In this document: positions 1 to 8,233 of the stretch, piece by piece | Layout of the letters: every line of letters starts with the position of its first letter | Numbering within the stretch: position 1 is the stretch's first letter | DNA from: Candidatus Fermentibacteraceae bacterium | GTDB lineage: Bacteria > Fermentibacterota > Fermentibacteria > Fermentibacterales > JCC-6 | Assembly (NCBI GenBank): GCA_041686025.1 | Contig: JAWLEP010000036.1 | Location: 1-27,534, forward strand | Length of the DNA stretch: 27,534 nt | Direction: 5' to 3' | Program-made: the position numbers and the translations under genes | The notes under the pieces: model-generated | Seen by the model: the letters and a program-made list of their open reading frames with translations, nothing else | Told to the model about the DNA's origin: nothing | The model's database searches: none

Positions 1-107
1 AGCGCAGCTTCTTCCCCGGCCCCTACCAGGAGAAGCGGCGATACGTCCGTCAGTGCATGGAGCGTTTCGAGCGGGTGGTGGCGGAGGCGGGTGGCGAAGG
101 GGCCTGA
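1..107 (+). CDS. 3' end of a gene entering the window (…RSFFPGPYQEKRRYVRQCMERFERVVAEAGGEGA*); possibly an adenosine deaminase-family C-terminus
   Basis: Frame starting at nt 3 is open with GC3-biased codons to TGA 105-107 and is followed by a hairpin. The family guess is from memory of the RSFFPG.Y.EKR pattern only. Confidence 0.4.
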   Translation, partial: RSFFPGPYQEKRRYVRQCMERFERVVAEAGGEGA

Positions 108-136
108 CGCCCGATTCGAAGGGGTGGGAGCAAGGT

Positions 137-164
137 AGGGGCTCCGGCATCGGCCGGAGCCCTT
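137..164. terminator. GC-rich hairpin between convergent genes, probable bidirectional terminator
   Basis: AGGGGCTCCGGC-ATCG-GCCGGAGCCCTT: 12-bp stem (one G-U) with a 4-nt loop, between stops at 107 (+) and 184 (-). No long U tract. Confidence 0.55.
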
Positions 165-183
165 CCGCATGTCGCTTTCGCTG

Positions 184-1485
184 CTAGCTTCGGTGCTTGC
201 GGCCCGAGTGGTCCTCCAGCAGGTCCAGGCGTCCCAGCTTACCCAGGAGGTGGCGCCTCCAGGCGTCCCAGTACCTGTTGAGCCTGCGGGGAACCGCGTC
301 CCGGTCCCAGTCCGTGGGCCTGTCCCGGCCGGGGTCGGGGATCACCAGCGAGCCCACGTACTCGGCGTCGTCGTAGACCCTCTCGATCTGGCTGTGGATC
401 TCACGGATGTCATCCTCGGTGACCTCGCCGGTCTCGGTGGCCTTGTAGAACTGCACGGTGACCCTGATGGGAAAGTTGGGGTCCCGCTCGATGGGGAGGT
501 CGTCTATCTCGGTGAAGGGGCCCTCCAGCTCCCCGTGGCCGATTACGGCGGCCTCCACGTCCGAGTCCCGGGACTGCGCGGCGCCCAGGGGAGCTGCGGC
601 GGACTCGCAGCAGACCACATCGTCGAACCAGGTGGACTGCGGGTTGCGCTGCCTGAGGGGTATCTGGATGAGAAGGACCATGTTCAGCCCTTCCTCTCCG
701 GCGGCGGAGACCTGCTGGCCATCGTCGCCGCCGTTGGCCATGAAGTCCGATATCCTCTCCCCGGTGAGGCTTGCCCGCTGGCCGTCCTCGTTGAAGAAGA
801 GCCGCTGGCCCCAGCTGTAGGCCCCCGGCACCGGGTCGCGGGTGTTGTCTATAACCGTCACCGAGGTGCCCTCCCTGGTGGCCAGTATGGTGAGGACCGC
901 CGGGTCTCCCTCGTAGGACTGGTAGTTGAACAGAACGGGGTTGAAGGTGGCGGTGCCGCTGGTCTGTATGGGGAGGAACACCGCCTGGGCGCTTACCAGC
1001 ACCAGGCTGTCGCGCTCGCAGAGCAGCCCGTCCCCGTCGGCCTTCCAGCAGTCGGGGTCGTGCAGGTAGTTGCGCAGGTGGTCCACGTAGTCGCGCAGGG
1101 TAACCGGAGCCAGGTCCTCGCCCCGCTCGTTCCCCGCCAGCAGGAAGAAGTCGTCGGGGTCCAGGTCCGCCGACAAATCGTGGAAGTTGGGGTAGCGTAT
1201 CACCGGCATGCAGGTGAGCTGCTTCTGTCCGGTTGCCGGGTCCTCGTGGTGGACCTGGATGGTCATGTCGGAGATGTTGGGGCCCCAGCAGGACCCGGAG
1301 TAGCGTCCGGTGTCCTCCCAGGTGACGTTCACCACGTCCATTCCGTACCGGCTGGCCAGCTCGCAGGACTTGTAGTCCCAGGTCATCTCCGCCACCCTGC
1401 CTACCACCTCGGCGTAGTCCCGGCCCGCCCCCCGGCCGGTGGAAGCCGTCAGCGCCATGGCAGCTATGAGCATCGCTCTGAGCAT
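184..1485 (-). CDS. Secreted conserved hypothetical protein (433 aa)
   Basis: RBS GAGGGAGG upstream, N-terminal signal-like segment MLRAMLIAAMALTA, strong GC3 codon bias, distinctive motifs VTWEDTGR…SCWGPNISDMT and FNYQS…DPAVL. Confidence 0.8.
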   Translation of the reverse strand: MLRAMLIAAMALTASTGRGAGRDYAEVVGRVAEMTWDYKSCELASRYGMDVVNVTWEDTGRYSGSCWGPNISDMTIQVHHEDPATGQKQLTCMPVIRYPNFHDLSADLDPDDFFLLAGNERGEDLAPVTLRDYVDHLRNYLHDPDCWKADGDGLLCERDSLVLVSAQAVFLPIQTSGTATFNPVLFNYQSYEGDPAVLTILATREGTSVTVIDNTRDPVPGAYSWGQRLFFNEDGQRASLTGERISDFMANGGDDGQQVSAAGEEGLNMVLLIQIPLRQRNPQSTWFDDVVCCESAAAPLGAAQSRDSDVEAAVIGHGELEGPFTEIDDLPIERDPNFPIRVTVQFYKATETGEVTEDDIREIHSQIERVYDDAEYVGSLVIPDPGRDRPTDWDRDAVPRRLNRYWDAWRRHLLGKLGRLDLLEDHSGRKHRS

Positions 1486-1585
1486 CTTGTTGCCTCCCTC
1501 TGCTGCTGGATGTCTTTTCGCTTACGGCACTGATACCGAAGCGGGCCGGGTTCTATTCCCGCGCTGCCGGCGAAGCGCCAGCGTG

Positions 1586-1621
1586 CCGGCAGTTGCGTTC
1601 CCCGGCAGTTTCGTTTAATAA
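1586..1621 (+). promoter_or_regulatory. Direct repeat CCGGCAGTT(G/T)CGTT x2 overlapping a putative sigma70 promoter of the hybrid kinase
   Basis: Repeats at 1586-1599 and 1602-1615. TTGCGT followed after 17-18 nt by TAATAA/AATAAT. RBS AGGAGG precedes ATG 1642. Confidence 0.4.
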
Positions 1622-1641
1622 TCGTGACGTAAGGAGGCTCA

Positions 1642-3675
1642 ATGGACCAGGACCGCGGGGAAGGCGGCTCACTCTTCCGGGCCGACTGTCTCAGCAGATT
1701 CATGCGGGATAACGGGCTGGGCAGATTCTCCCCCGAGGACCTCCTTTCGCGGATACTCACCACAAACCCCGGCATAGTCTACGTTTACAGCGTGGAGAAC
1801 AACCACACGCTGTTCGCCAGCATGGGCATACTGGCCGTTCTGGGATACCCTCCCGAGGAGGTGTCCGGGGACACCGGCTTCTTCCTGAAAGCCGCCCATC
1901 CGGAGGACACGGCCGACATCGCCGATTGGCATCGGCGCGTCCAGAGCCTGGAGAACGGAGGCGTGCTGGAGCACCGCTTCAGGATGCGACACGACCGGGG
2001 CCACTACGTCTACCTGAAATGCAGGGAGACGGTCTTCGCCCGGTACGGGTCCGGAAAGCCGGCCCTGGTGATCGGCAGCGCCACCGACGAGACCGAGGCC
2101 GTGGTGGCGGAGAGGGAGCTGCTGGAGAAGACCGAGGAGCTCCGCCGAAGCGAGGAGCGCTACCGTCTCCTGGTGGAATCCTCCGTGGACGCCATCGTGG
2201 GCGTGGACGCCGACATGCGGGTAATCCTCTGGAATCATGCGGCGGAGAGGATGTTCGGCTACCCGGCGGAGGAGATGCTGGGCGAGAGCCTGCTCCGAAT
2301 AGTCCCCGAGGATCTGCGGGAAAGCAAGACGGAGGGATTCTCCCTCTTCAGCAGGACGGGCGAGGGGGAGGTGCTGGGGGGAGTGCGCGAGCTGGAGGGC
2401 CTGCACAGGAACGGATCTCTCGTTCCCCTGGAGATATCCATCGCTCCGCTGCAGGTGGACCGAAGATGGACCGCCACCGGCATACTGAGAGACATCTCCG
2501 AGCGCAGGAGGGCGCAGAGGCGCCAGCGGAAGATGGTCATGGAGATGCAGCGCATACAGCGCCTGGATGCGGTGGGAGCGCTGGCGGGCGGAATCGCCCA
2601 CGACTTCAACAACATACTGAGCTCCATCCTGGGAAACATATCCATGGCCCGGGAGCTGGCCGAAGACGGGGACCGGCTCAGAGCGCTCATGAACCAGAGC
2701 CATGAGGCCGTGCTTCAGGCCAGGGAGCTGGCGGGTCAGCTGCTCACCTTCGCCGAGGGAGGCGAGCCCGTGCGGGAGGTGATCGACGTGGGCCCCATGG
2801 TGGAGAAGGGCTGCCGTTTCAGCCTGGCGGGCTCCGGGTCGCGGTGCCGGATGGAGCTCGAGCCCCACCTGTACGTCCTCGCAGACGGCGGTCAGATATC
2901 CCAGATGGCGGGCAACCTGGCCCTGAACGCATCACAGGCAATGGAGGGCGCGGGCGACGTGGTGGTACGCGCCTACGCCACCAGCATCGGCGAGAACGAG
3001 CTTCCGGGTCTCCCCCGGGGCGCCTACGTGGCTGTGGAGGTGGAGGACACCGGGCCCGGCATTCCCGAGGACTGCGCCGAGAAGATATTCAACCCCTTCT
3101 TCACCACCAGGCGCGAGGGGCACGGTCTGGGGCTGTCCGTCTGCTACTCCATCGCCCGTCAGCACGAGGGCACCGTACTGGTGGAGTCCGAGCCCGGAGA
3201 GGGCGCTCTGTTCCGGGTACTGCTTCCCCTGTCGGAGAAGCCCGCCGCGCAGGACGGACCCTCCATGGAAACCCGGGCACCGACGGGAGCCAGGGTGCTG
3301 GTGATGGACGACGACGAGGCGGTCAGAAAGGTCCTCAGGCAGATGCTGGAGAGTCTGGGGATGGAAGTCGTCGAGGCCTCCGAGGGCGGGTCGGCAATCG
3401 ACCTCTACAGTCGGGCCGCCGACCACGGCAACGGCTTCGACCTCCTGATAATGGATCTCACGGTGCCCGGTGGAATGGGGGGTGCGAAGGCCATGCGGAA
3501 GCTGGTGGAGCTGGACCCCGCCGTTACCGCGCTGGTCTCCAGCGGCTACTCAAACGACCCCGTAATGGCCAGGTACGCCGAGCACGGCTTCGCCGGAGTG
3601 CTGAAGAAGCCATTCACGCTCAGGGAGCTTAGAAGGGCGCTGCTGAGCACCCTGGGCAGCCGGGGCCAGGGCTAG
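1642..3675 (+). CDS. Cytoplasmic PAS-PAS hybrid sensor histidine kinase/response regulator
   Basis: Two PAS/PAC domains (HPED, WNHAAERMFGY), H-box AHDFNN, N-box NLALNA, DTGPGI, FNPFFTT, GHGLGL, and a receiver domain (MDDD…MDLT…KKPF). RBS AGGAGG. Confidence 0.93.
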   Translation: MDQDRGEGGSLFRADCLSRFMRDNGLGRFSPEDLLSRILTTNPGIVYVYSVENNHTLFASMGILAVLGYPPEEVSGDTGFFLKAAHPEDTADIADWHRRVQSLENGGVLEHRFRMRHDRGHYVYLKCRETVFARYGSGKPALVIGSATDETEAVVAERELLEKTEELRRSEERYRLLVESSVDAIVGVDADMRVILWNHAAERMFGYPAEEMLGESLLRIVPEDLRESKTEGFSLFSRTGEGEVLGGVRELEGLHRNGSLVPLEISIAPLQVDRRWTATGILRDISERRRAQRRQRKMVMEMQRIQRLDAVGALAGGIAHDFNNILSSILGNISMARELAEDGDRLRALMNQSHEAVLQARELAGQLLTFAEGGEPVREVIDVGPMVEKGCRFSLAGSGSRCRMELEPHLYVLADGGQISQMAGNLALNASQAMEGAGDVVVRAYATSIGENELPGLPRGAYVAVEVEDTGPGIPEDCAEKIFNPFFTTRREGHGLGLSVCYSIARQHEGTVLVESEPGEGALFRVLLPLSEKPAAQDGPSMETRAPTGARVLVMDDDEAVRKVLRQMLESLGMEVVEASEGGSAIDLYSRAADHGNGFDLLIMDLTVPGGMGGAKAMRKLVELDPAVTALVSSGYSNDPVMARYAEHGFAGVLKKPFTLRELRRALLSTLGSRGQG

Positions 3676-4889
3676 GGCTCCACCCGCAGAAGCGGCTCGT
3701 GCCCCTGGCGCTTCTCCACATGGCCTACTATGGCCGAGGCTGTGTCACCCTCCTCGTGAAGCCGCTTCAGGACCTCTTCGGCCTGGGCGGGATTCACAGA
3801 GAAGAGAAGGCCTCCGGAGGTCTGGGACTCGCTGAAAACGGTAACCAGCCTGGAGTCTATGCCTTCGCGGACCTCCAGGTGGTCGGCGACGAACTGCCTG
3901 CACTTGCAGACGCCCTGGGGATTGTACTCGTCCATCAGACCGGGAAGACCCGGAAGCAGCGGCACGCTGGAGGCCGAGAACACCATCCTGCTGCCCGAGT
4001 AGCGGGCCATGGGCAGGGCGTGGCCCAGCAGGCCGAATCCGGTTACGTCCGTCATCCCTCCGGTGTCGTAGTCCTCCAGGATTCGAGCCGCGTACATGTT
4101 CAGCCTCTCCATGCCCTCCACCCAGACCCGGTAGAGGTCGGGAGAGAGGCCCTCCTGCCGGTACGCGTTGCAGTATATGCCGGTCCCCAGCGGCTTGGTC
4201 AGCACCAGCAGCTGGCCCGGTCTCACAGATGCGTTGCGGGTTGCCCTCTCGGGGTGGATCAGGCCGGTGACGCTCATGCCGTAGACCATCTCGGTCTGCT
4301 CCAGGGTGTGCCCCCCCATCAGCGCCACTCCCGCCTCGGTCAGCTTCTCCGAGCCCCCGGACAGCAGCGCCTCGATAGCCTCGGCAGGAATCTGGCCCGC
4401 CGGGTAGGCCAGGTGGTTCATGGCGGTGATGGCCCGCGCTCCCATGGCCCATATGTCCGAGAGGCTGTTGGCGGCCACTATCCGCCCGAAGCTGCCGGGG
4501 TCGTTCACTATGGGATAGAAGAAGTCCACGGTCTGCACCAGGGCCTGCTCCGGCGAGAGACGGTACACGCCGGCATCGTCCATGGTCTCCATGCCCACCA
4601 GGAGATCAGGGGTCTCGAACCTCGGCAGCTTTGACACTATCCCGGCCAGCCTGGTCGGGTTGAGCTTGCCGGCTCAACCGGCACAGGGGGCGTAGTCCAG
4701 CATCCGTATCTCCCTGCCGGTGGGTATGGCCCTCTCCGGCTGCTGGCCGTGCTCGCCCTGACCGTAGAGGAACTCGCAGTATGTGGGCTCCCCCCGGCCG
4801 TGGTGGAAGCGGCAGCATTCGGCGCAGTTGCCGCGGCGCTGGCAGTCGGACGGGCAGGGACAGTGCTTTCCGTCGTAAGGCGCTCCCAT
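3672..4889 (-). CDS. selD: Selenide, water dikinase (selenophosphate synthetase); selenoprotein (Sec72 at TGA 4674-4676) with an N-terminal Cys-rich extension, 405 aa
   Basis: ORFs 4674..4952 and 3672..4637 share one frame and are separated only by TGA. Read-through gives IRMLDYAPCAG-U-AGKLNPTRL…LLVGMETMDDAGVY, aligning to E. coli SelD IRLTQYSHGAG-C-GCKISP…LLVGNETRDDAAVY. Core motifs QTVDFF, NSLSDIWAMG, GGHT, LTKPLGTG, TDVTGFGLLGH, QTSGGLL. RBS AGAGGGGAG before ATG 4889. Confidence 0.93.
4624..4670 (-). promoter_or_regulatory. Putative bacterial SECIS element of selD
   Basis: mRNA after the UGA: upper hairpin CCCG-A-CCA-[GGC]-UGG-C-CGGG (4641-4659), apical loop starting with G, 22 nt from the UGA. 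A possible lower stem is GGCAAGCU/AGCUGCC. Confidence 0.65.
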
Positions 4890-5007
4890 GGCTCCCCTCT
4901 GTTGCTGCTCGACACCGGACGATAACCCGCCGGCCCGTCCGCTGCAATGCACACCCGCCGGCCGTAAATAGATAATACGCTGTCCTGCAGCGGTTTATGC
5001 GGGAAAC

Positions 5008-5036
5008 TTGGCCCCCCTTGATGTTCTCCTTATGAT
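5008..5036 (+). promoter_or_regulatory. Putative sigma70 promoter of the yitT-lipoprotein-tatD-tcdA run
   Basis: TTGGCC-N17-TATGAT in an AT-richer intergenic region. Confidence 0.5.
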
Positions 5037-5091
5037 AGCGCCATTCCCGACAATGATTGGTCGATCCTTCCTTCCTCTGGAGGAGAGCGCC

Positions 5092-6039
5092 ATGGGCAGG
5101 TACACGCTCAGGGAGAACCTGGCAGACTACGCCGGCATGCTGGCTGGGTCCGTCCTCTTCGGAGTCGCCTACTCCTGGTTCCTCTTTCCCTTCCGGGTGT
5201 CCCCGGGAGGGGTGGGAGGCCTGGCGCAGGTTCTCTACCATCTCACCGCCGTGCCGGAGGCCTACTGGATGTTCGGCTTCAACATACCCCTGTTCATCCT
5301 GGGATACGTCTTCGTGGGACGGCAGTTCGGTATCAGGAGCTTCGTGGGCATGGTCCTGTCGAACCTCATGTGCTGGGTGTTCACGCCATCGCACCTGGCT
5401 TTCCTGGCCTCCTACGGCGAGATAGTGCACAACGTGGCGCCCGCCGGCGCCCTGCCGCGGCTGGCCGTGTTCTTCGACGGCTCGCGGGAGACCCACATAC
5501 TGCTGGCCTCCGTAACCGGCTCCGCCCTGCTGGGCCTTGGCCTGGGCCTGATATTCAAGTTCCGGGGCTCCACCGGGGGCACGGACATCCCGGTGGCCAT
5601 ACTGAAGAAGTACACGGGCGTTTCCATCAGCACCGGCTACTGGATCGTGGAGTCCTTCATAATACTGCTGGTGGGCGTGGTCTTCGCCCGTCCGGCAATC
5701 GTGGTCTGGGCCTACCTCAACCTCTTCCTCACCAGCAGGATGACCGACCTGGCCGCGGAGGGCCTGCCCTACGTGAAGGCCGTGGTGATCGTCTCCGACA
5801 GGGCGGGGGAGGTGCGGGAGGCCATCTTCGAGGAGCTCAACCGCGGCCTCACCTTCCTGAAGGGCCACGGGGGCTACGACCACCGGCCCAGGGACGTGAT
5901 CTACGTGTGCGTCCACCGCAGGCAGGTGAACCTCCTGCGAAAGATCGTGCGGGACATCGACCCGGAGGCGTTCATGGTGATGCATGACGCCTACGACGTG
6001 ATGGGCTATGGTTTCAGGGAAAGGACCATCACCTACTAG
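5092..6039 (+). CDS. YitT family integral membrane protein (DUF161 + C-terminal DUF2179)
   Basis: Motifs PGGVGGLA, FNIPLF, GSTGGTDI, RGLTFLKGHGGY, IDPEAFM. Multiple hydrophobic helices. RBS GGAGGA before ATG 5092. Confidence 0.9.
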   Translation: MGRYTLRENLADYAGMLAGSVLFGVAYSWFLFPFRVSPGGVGGLAQVLYHLTAVPEAYWMFGFNIPLFILGYVFVGRQFGIRSFVGMVLSNLMCWVFTPSHLAFLASYGEIVHNVAPAGALPRLAVFFDGSRETHILLASVTGSALLGLGLGLIFKFRGSTGGTDIPVAILKKYTGVSISTGYWIVESFIILLVGVVFARPAIVVWAYLNLFLTSRMTDLAAEGLPYVKAVVIVSDRAGEVREAIFEELNRGLTFLKGHGGYDHRPRDVIYVCVHRRQVNLLRKIVRDIDPEAFMVMHDAYDVMGYGFRERTITY

Positions 6040-6066
6040 GACGGGAGCATGTGGAAGGGGCATCGC

Positions 6067-6735
6067 ATGAGACACCTGATCCTCTGCACGGCGTCCGCGG
6101 CAGTTCTGGTTCTGGCCGTATCCTGCGGCGACGATGACGGGGGCACCGGCCCCAGCGGCGGCGGCGCCGGAGACTCGGTCTACTACCCGCTGGCCGTGGG
6201 GAACACCTGGGAGTACAGCCGCAGCGGCACCTACAACGTGGACTCCGTGGAGCACCCCGTCAGCGGGGAGGCCACGGTGGAGATAGTGGGCACAGCCACC
6301 CACTCCCAGGGATGGGACGTCTTCGTGGAGGTCTCCACGGTGAGCGACACCATACAGGGCCTCATGGACACTACCATCGTGGACAGCACCTACCTGTGGC
6401 GGGACGGTGACGGCCTGCACGGATGTCCTCACCTGGGCGACACCGATTCCTGCTGGACCGTGCCGTTCCCGCTGGTGGAGGGCAACACCTGGACCTTCTC
6501 CACCCAGCCCCCAGTCACCGGCGAGGTCCTCTCCATGGACGTGGACGTCACCGTGGGCGCCGGCAGCTTCGAGGAGTGCGCCGAGATGCGCACCATGTGC
6601 CTGGAGCAGGGCAACTACTCGAACACCACCGACTACGCGGAGAACGTGGGCATGGTGCGAAACGTGTTCACCCAGGAGGCGGGGGTCTACAACACCACCG
6701 TGGACATGACGCTGGAGAGCTACCAGGTGCAGTAG
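6067..6735 (+). CDS. Lipoprotein, hypothetical (beta-rich, DUF3108-like)
   Basis: Signal peptide with lipobox LAVS-C followed by GDDDGGTGP. Motifs YYPLAVGNTWEY and VTVGAGSFEEC. Alternative start at 6049. Confidence 0.75.
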   Translation: MRHLILCTASAAVLVLAVSCGDDDGGTGPSGGGAGDSVYYPLAVGNTWEYSRSGTYNVDSVEHPVSGEATVEIVGTATHSQGWDVFVEVSTVSDTIQGLMDTTIVDSTYLWRDGDGLHGCPHLGDTDSCWTVPFPLVEGNTWTFSTQPPVTGEVLSMDVDVTVGAGSFEECAEMRTMCLEQGNYSNTTDYAENVGMVRNVFTQEAGVYNTTVDMTLESYQVQ

Positions 6736-6748
6736 CCGGGGGCCGGAG

Positions 6749-7504
6749 TTGAGACTGACCGACTCGCACACCCACCTGTTCATGGAGCCGCTGAGCGGCT
6801 CCATGGACGCCGTTCTGCACAGAGCCTCCTCGGCGGGGGTGACCCGCCTGGTGGTTCCCGCCTACGACCATGATTCCTGGAGGCCGGTGTCGGCTCTCGC
6901 CGGAAGGCCCGGGGTCTCCGTGGCCCTGGGCCTTCACCCCTGGGCCGCCGCCGAGGGGCTGGGCCCGGCCATCCTCGCGAGGGCCCTGCAGGACTGCAGG
7001 GCCGTGGCGGTGGGCGAGATAGGCCTGGACTCAAAGGTGGACGTGCCCCCGGAGGTGCAGGAGGGTGTGCTCACCGGGCAGCTGGAGGTCGCCCGGGAGC
7101 TGGGCCTGCCCGTGATCCTCCACTGCCGGGGGGCCTTCGACCGTCTGCTCTCCATCATGGAAGGCTTCGGCGGATCCCTGCGGGGCGTGCTCCACGCCTT
7201 CTCCCGGGGCCCGCAGCTGGCAGCGGAGCTGGTGGATCTGGGCCTCTACCTGGGTGTGGGAGGTGCCGCCACCCGTCCCCGGGCCCGGCGCATACGCCGG
7301 TCGCTTCCCGGGATTCCCCGGGAGCGCCTGCTTCTGGAGACAGACTCCCCTTCCATGGGGCTGGAGGGGGTGCCCGCCGGGGAGTCGGAGCCCGCCCACG
7401 TCAGAGATGTCTGCATGGCCGCCGCGGGCATGCTGGGCATGGAGCCGGAGGAGCTGGCGGAGACCACATGGAGGAACGCGGATGAGCTGTTCGGACTGGC
7501 CTGA
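6749..7504 (+). CDS. tatD: TatD family metal-dependent DNase/hydrolase
   Basis: DSHTH, GLHP, GEIGLD, LHCR, LHAFS, LETDSP motifs. TTG start with GGAG upstream. Confidence 0.9.
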   Translation: MRLTDSHTHLFMEPLSGSMDAVLHRASSAGVTRLVVPAYDHDSWRPVSALAGRPGVSVALGLHPWAAAEGLGPAILARALQDCRAVAVGEIGLDSKVDVPPEVQEGVLTGQLEVARELGLPVILHCRGAFDRLLSIMEGFGGSLRGVLHAFSRGPQLAAELVDLGLYLGVGGAATRPRARRIRRSLPGIPRERLLLETDSPSMGLEGVPAGESEPAHVRDVCMAAAGMLGMEPEELAETTWRNADELFGLA

Positions 7505-8228
7505 GAGGTTCGCCCGGACGGTGGACTTCCTGGGGGAGGAGGGTTTCCGCAGGCTCAGGGGGAGCCGGATCGCCGTGGTGGGACTGGGCGGGGTTGGAAG
7601 CCATGCGGCGGTGGCTCTGGCCAGGAGTGGGGCTGGCAGGCTGCTGCTCGTGGACTTCGACCTGGTCACCGAGACCTCCCTGAACCGCAACCCCATTCTG
7701 GGTCCGTCGGACGTGGGCCGGCACAAGGTCGACGCCATGGCCGCCGGCCTGGCCGCCGACTGCCCGGACACCGAATATGAGACCGGGAGGGAGTTCTTCC
7801 ATCACGACACAGCCGGGGCAGTCCTGGACCCGCCTCCTGACCTGGTGGTGGACGCCATAGACAGCCTCAACCCCAAGGTGTCCCTTCTGGAGGAGTGCGT
7901 CCTGCGGGGAATAGAGGTGGTGAGCAGCATGGGGGCCTCCGGGCGCCGGGACCCCTCGCAGGTCAGGGTGGGGGACGTGATGGACAGCAGCGGCTGCCCC
8001 CTGGCCAGGCAGATACGGAAGAGGCTGCGCAAGCGCTCCATAGAGGGGGGAATCCGGTGCGTATGGTCGGTGGAGCCCGACGGGATGGGGCCGTTGGAGC
8101 CGGAGCGGGAGCGGGTGGTGGACAGGGGAAGGGTCCGCAACAGGCTCCCCAGCCTGATCTCCATGCCGGGGATATTCGGCTACGCCTGCGCAGCCGAGGC
8201 CATGGATGCCATCTGCCGCGACCCGTAG
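7482..8228 (+). CDS. tcdA: tRNA threonylcarbamoyladenosine dehydratase (ThiF/E1-like family)
   Basis: GLGGVG, VDFD…SLNR, DAID, SSMGA, CPLARQIRKRLRK motifs. ATG 7482 has a GGAGG RBS and overlaps the end of tatD. Confidence 0.85.
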   Translation: MSCSDWPERFARTVDFLGEEGFRRLRGSRIAVVGLGGVGSHAAVALARSGAGRLLLVDFDLVTETSLNRNPILGPSDVGRHKVDAMAAGLAADCPDTEYETGREFFHHDTAGAVLDPPPDLVVDAIDSLNPKVSLLEECVLRGIEVVSSMGASGRRDPSQVRVGDVMDSSGCPLARQIRKRLRKRSIEGGIRCVWSVEPDGMGPLEPERERVVDRGRVRNRLPSLISMPGIFGYACAAEAMDAICRDP

Positions 8229-8233
8229 AAAGA

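Noticed and set aside
3672..3675. 4-bp CTAG overlap of the convergent kinase and selD stop codons
   Set aside because: A common compact arrangement with no evidence of a functional link.
4637..4954. ORF-track calls 4637..4954 (-) and stand-alone 4674..4952 (-), and the selD start at GTG 4637
   Set aside because: Better explained by one selD frame from ATG 4889 with Sec. A start at 4637 would omit the catalytic residues.
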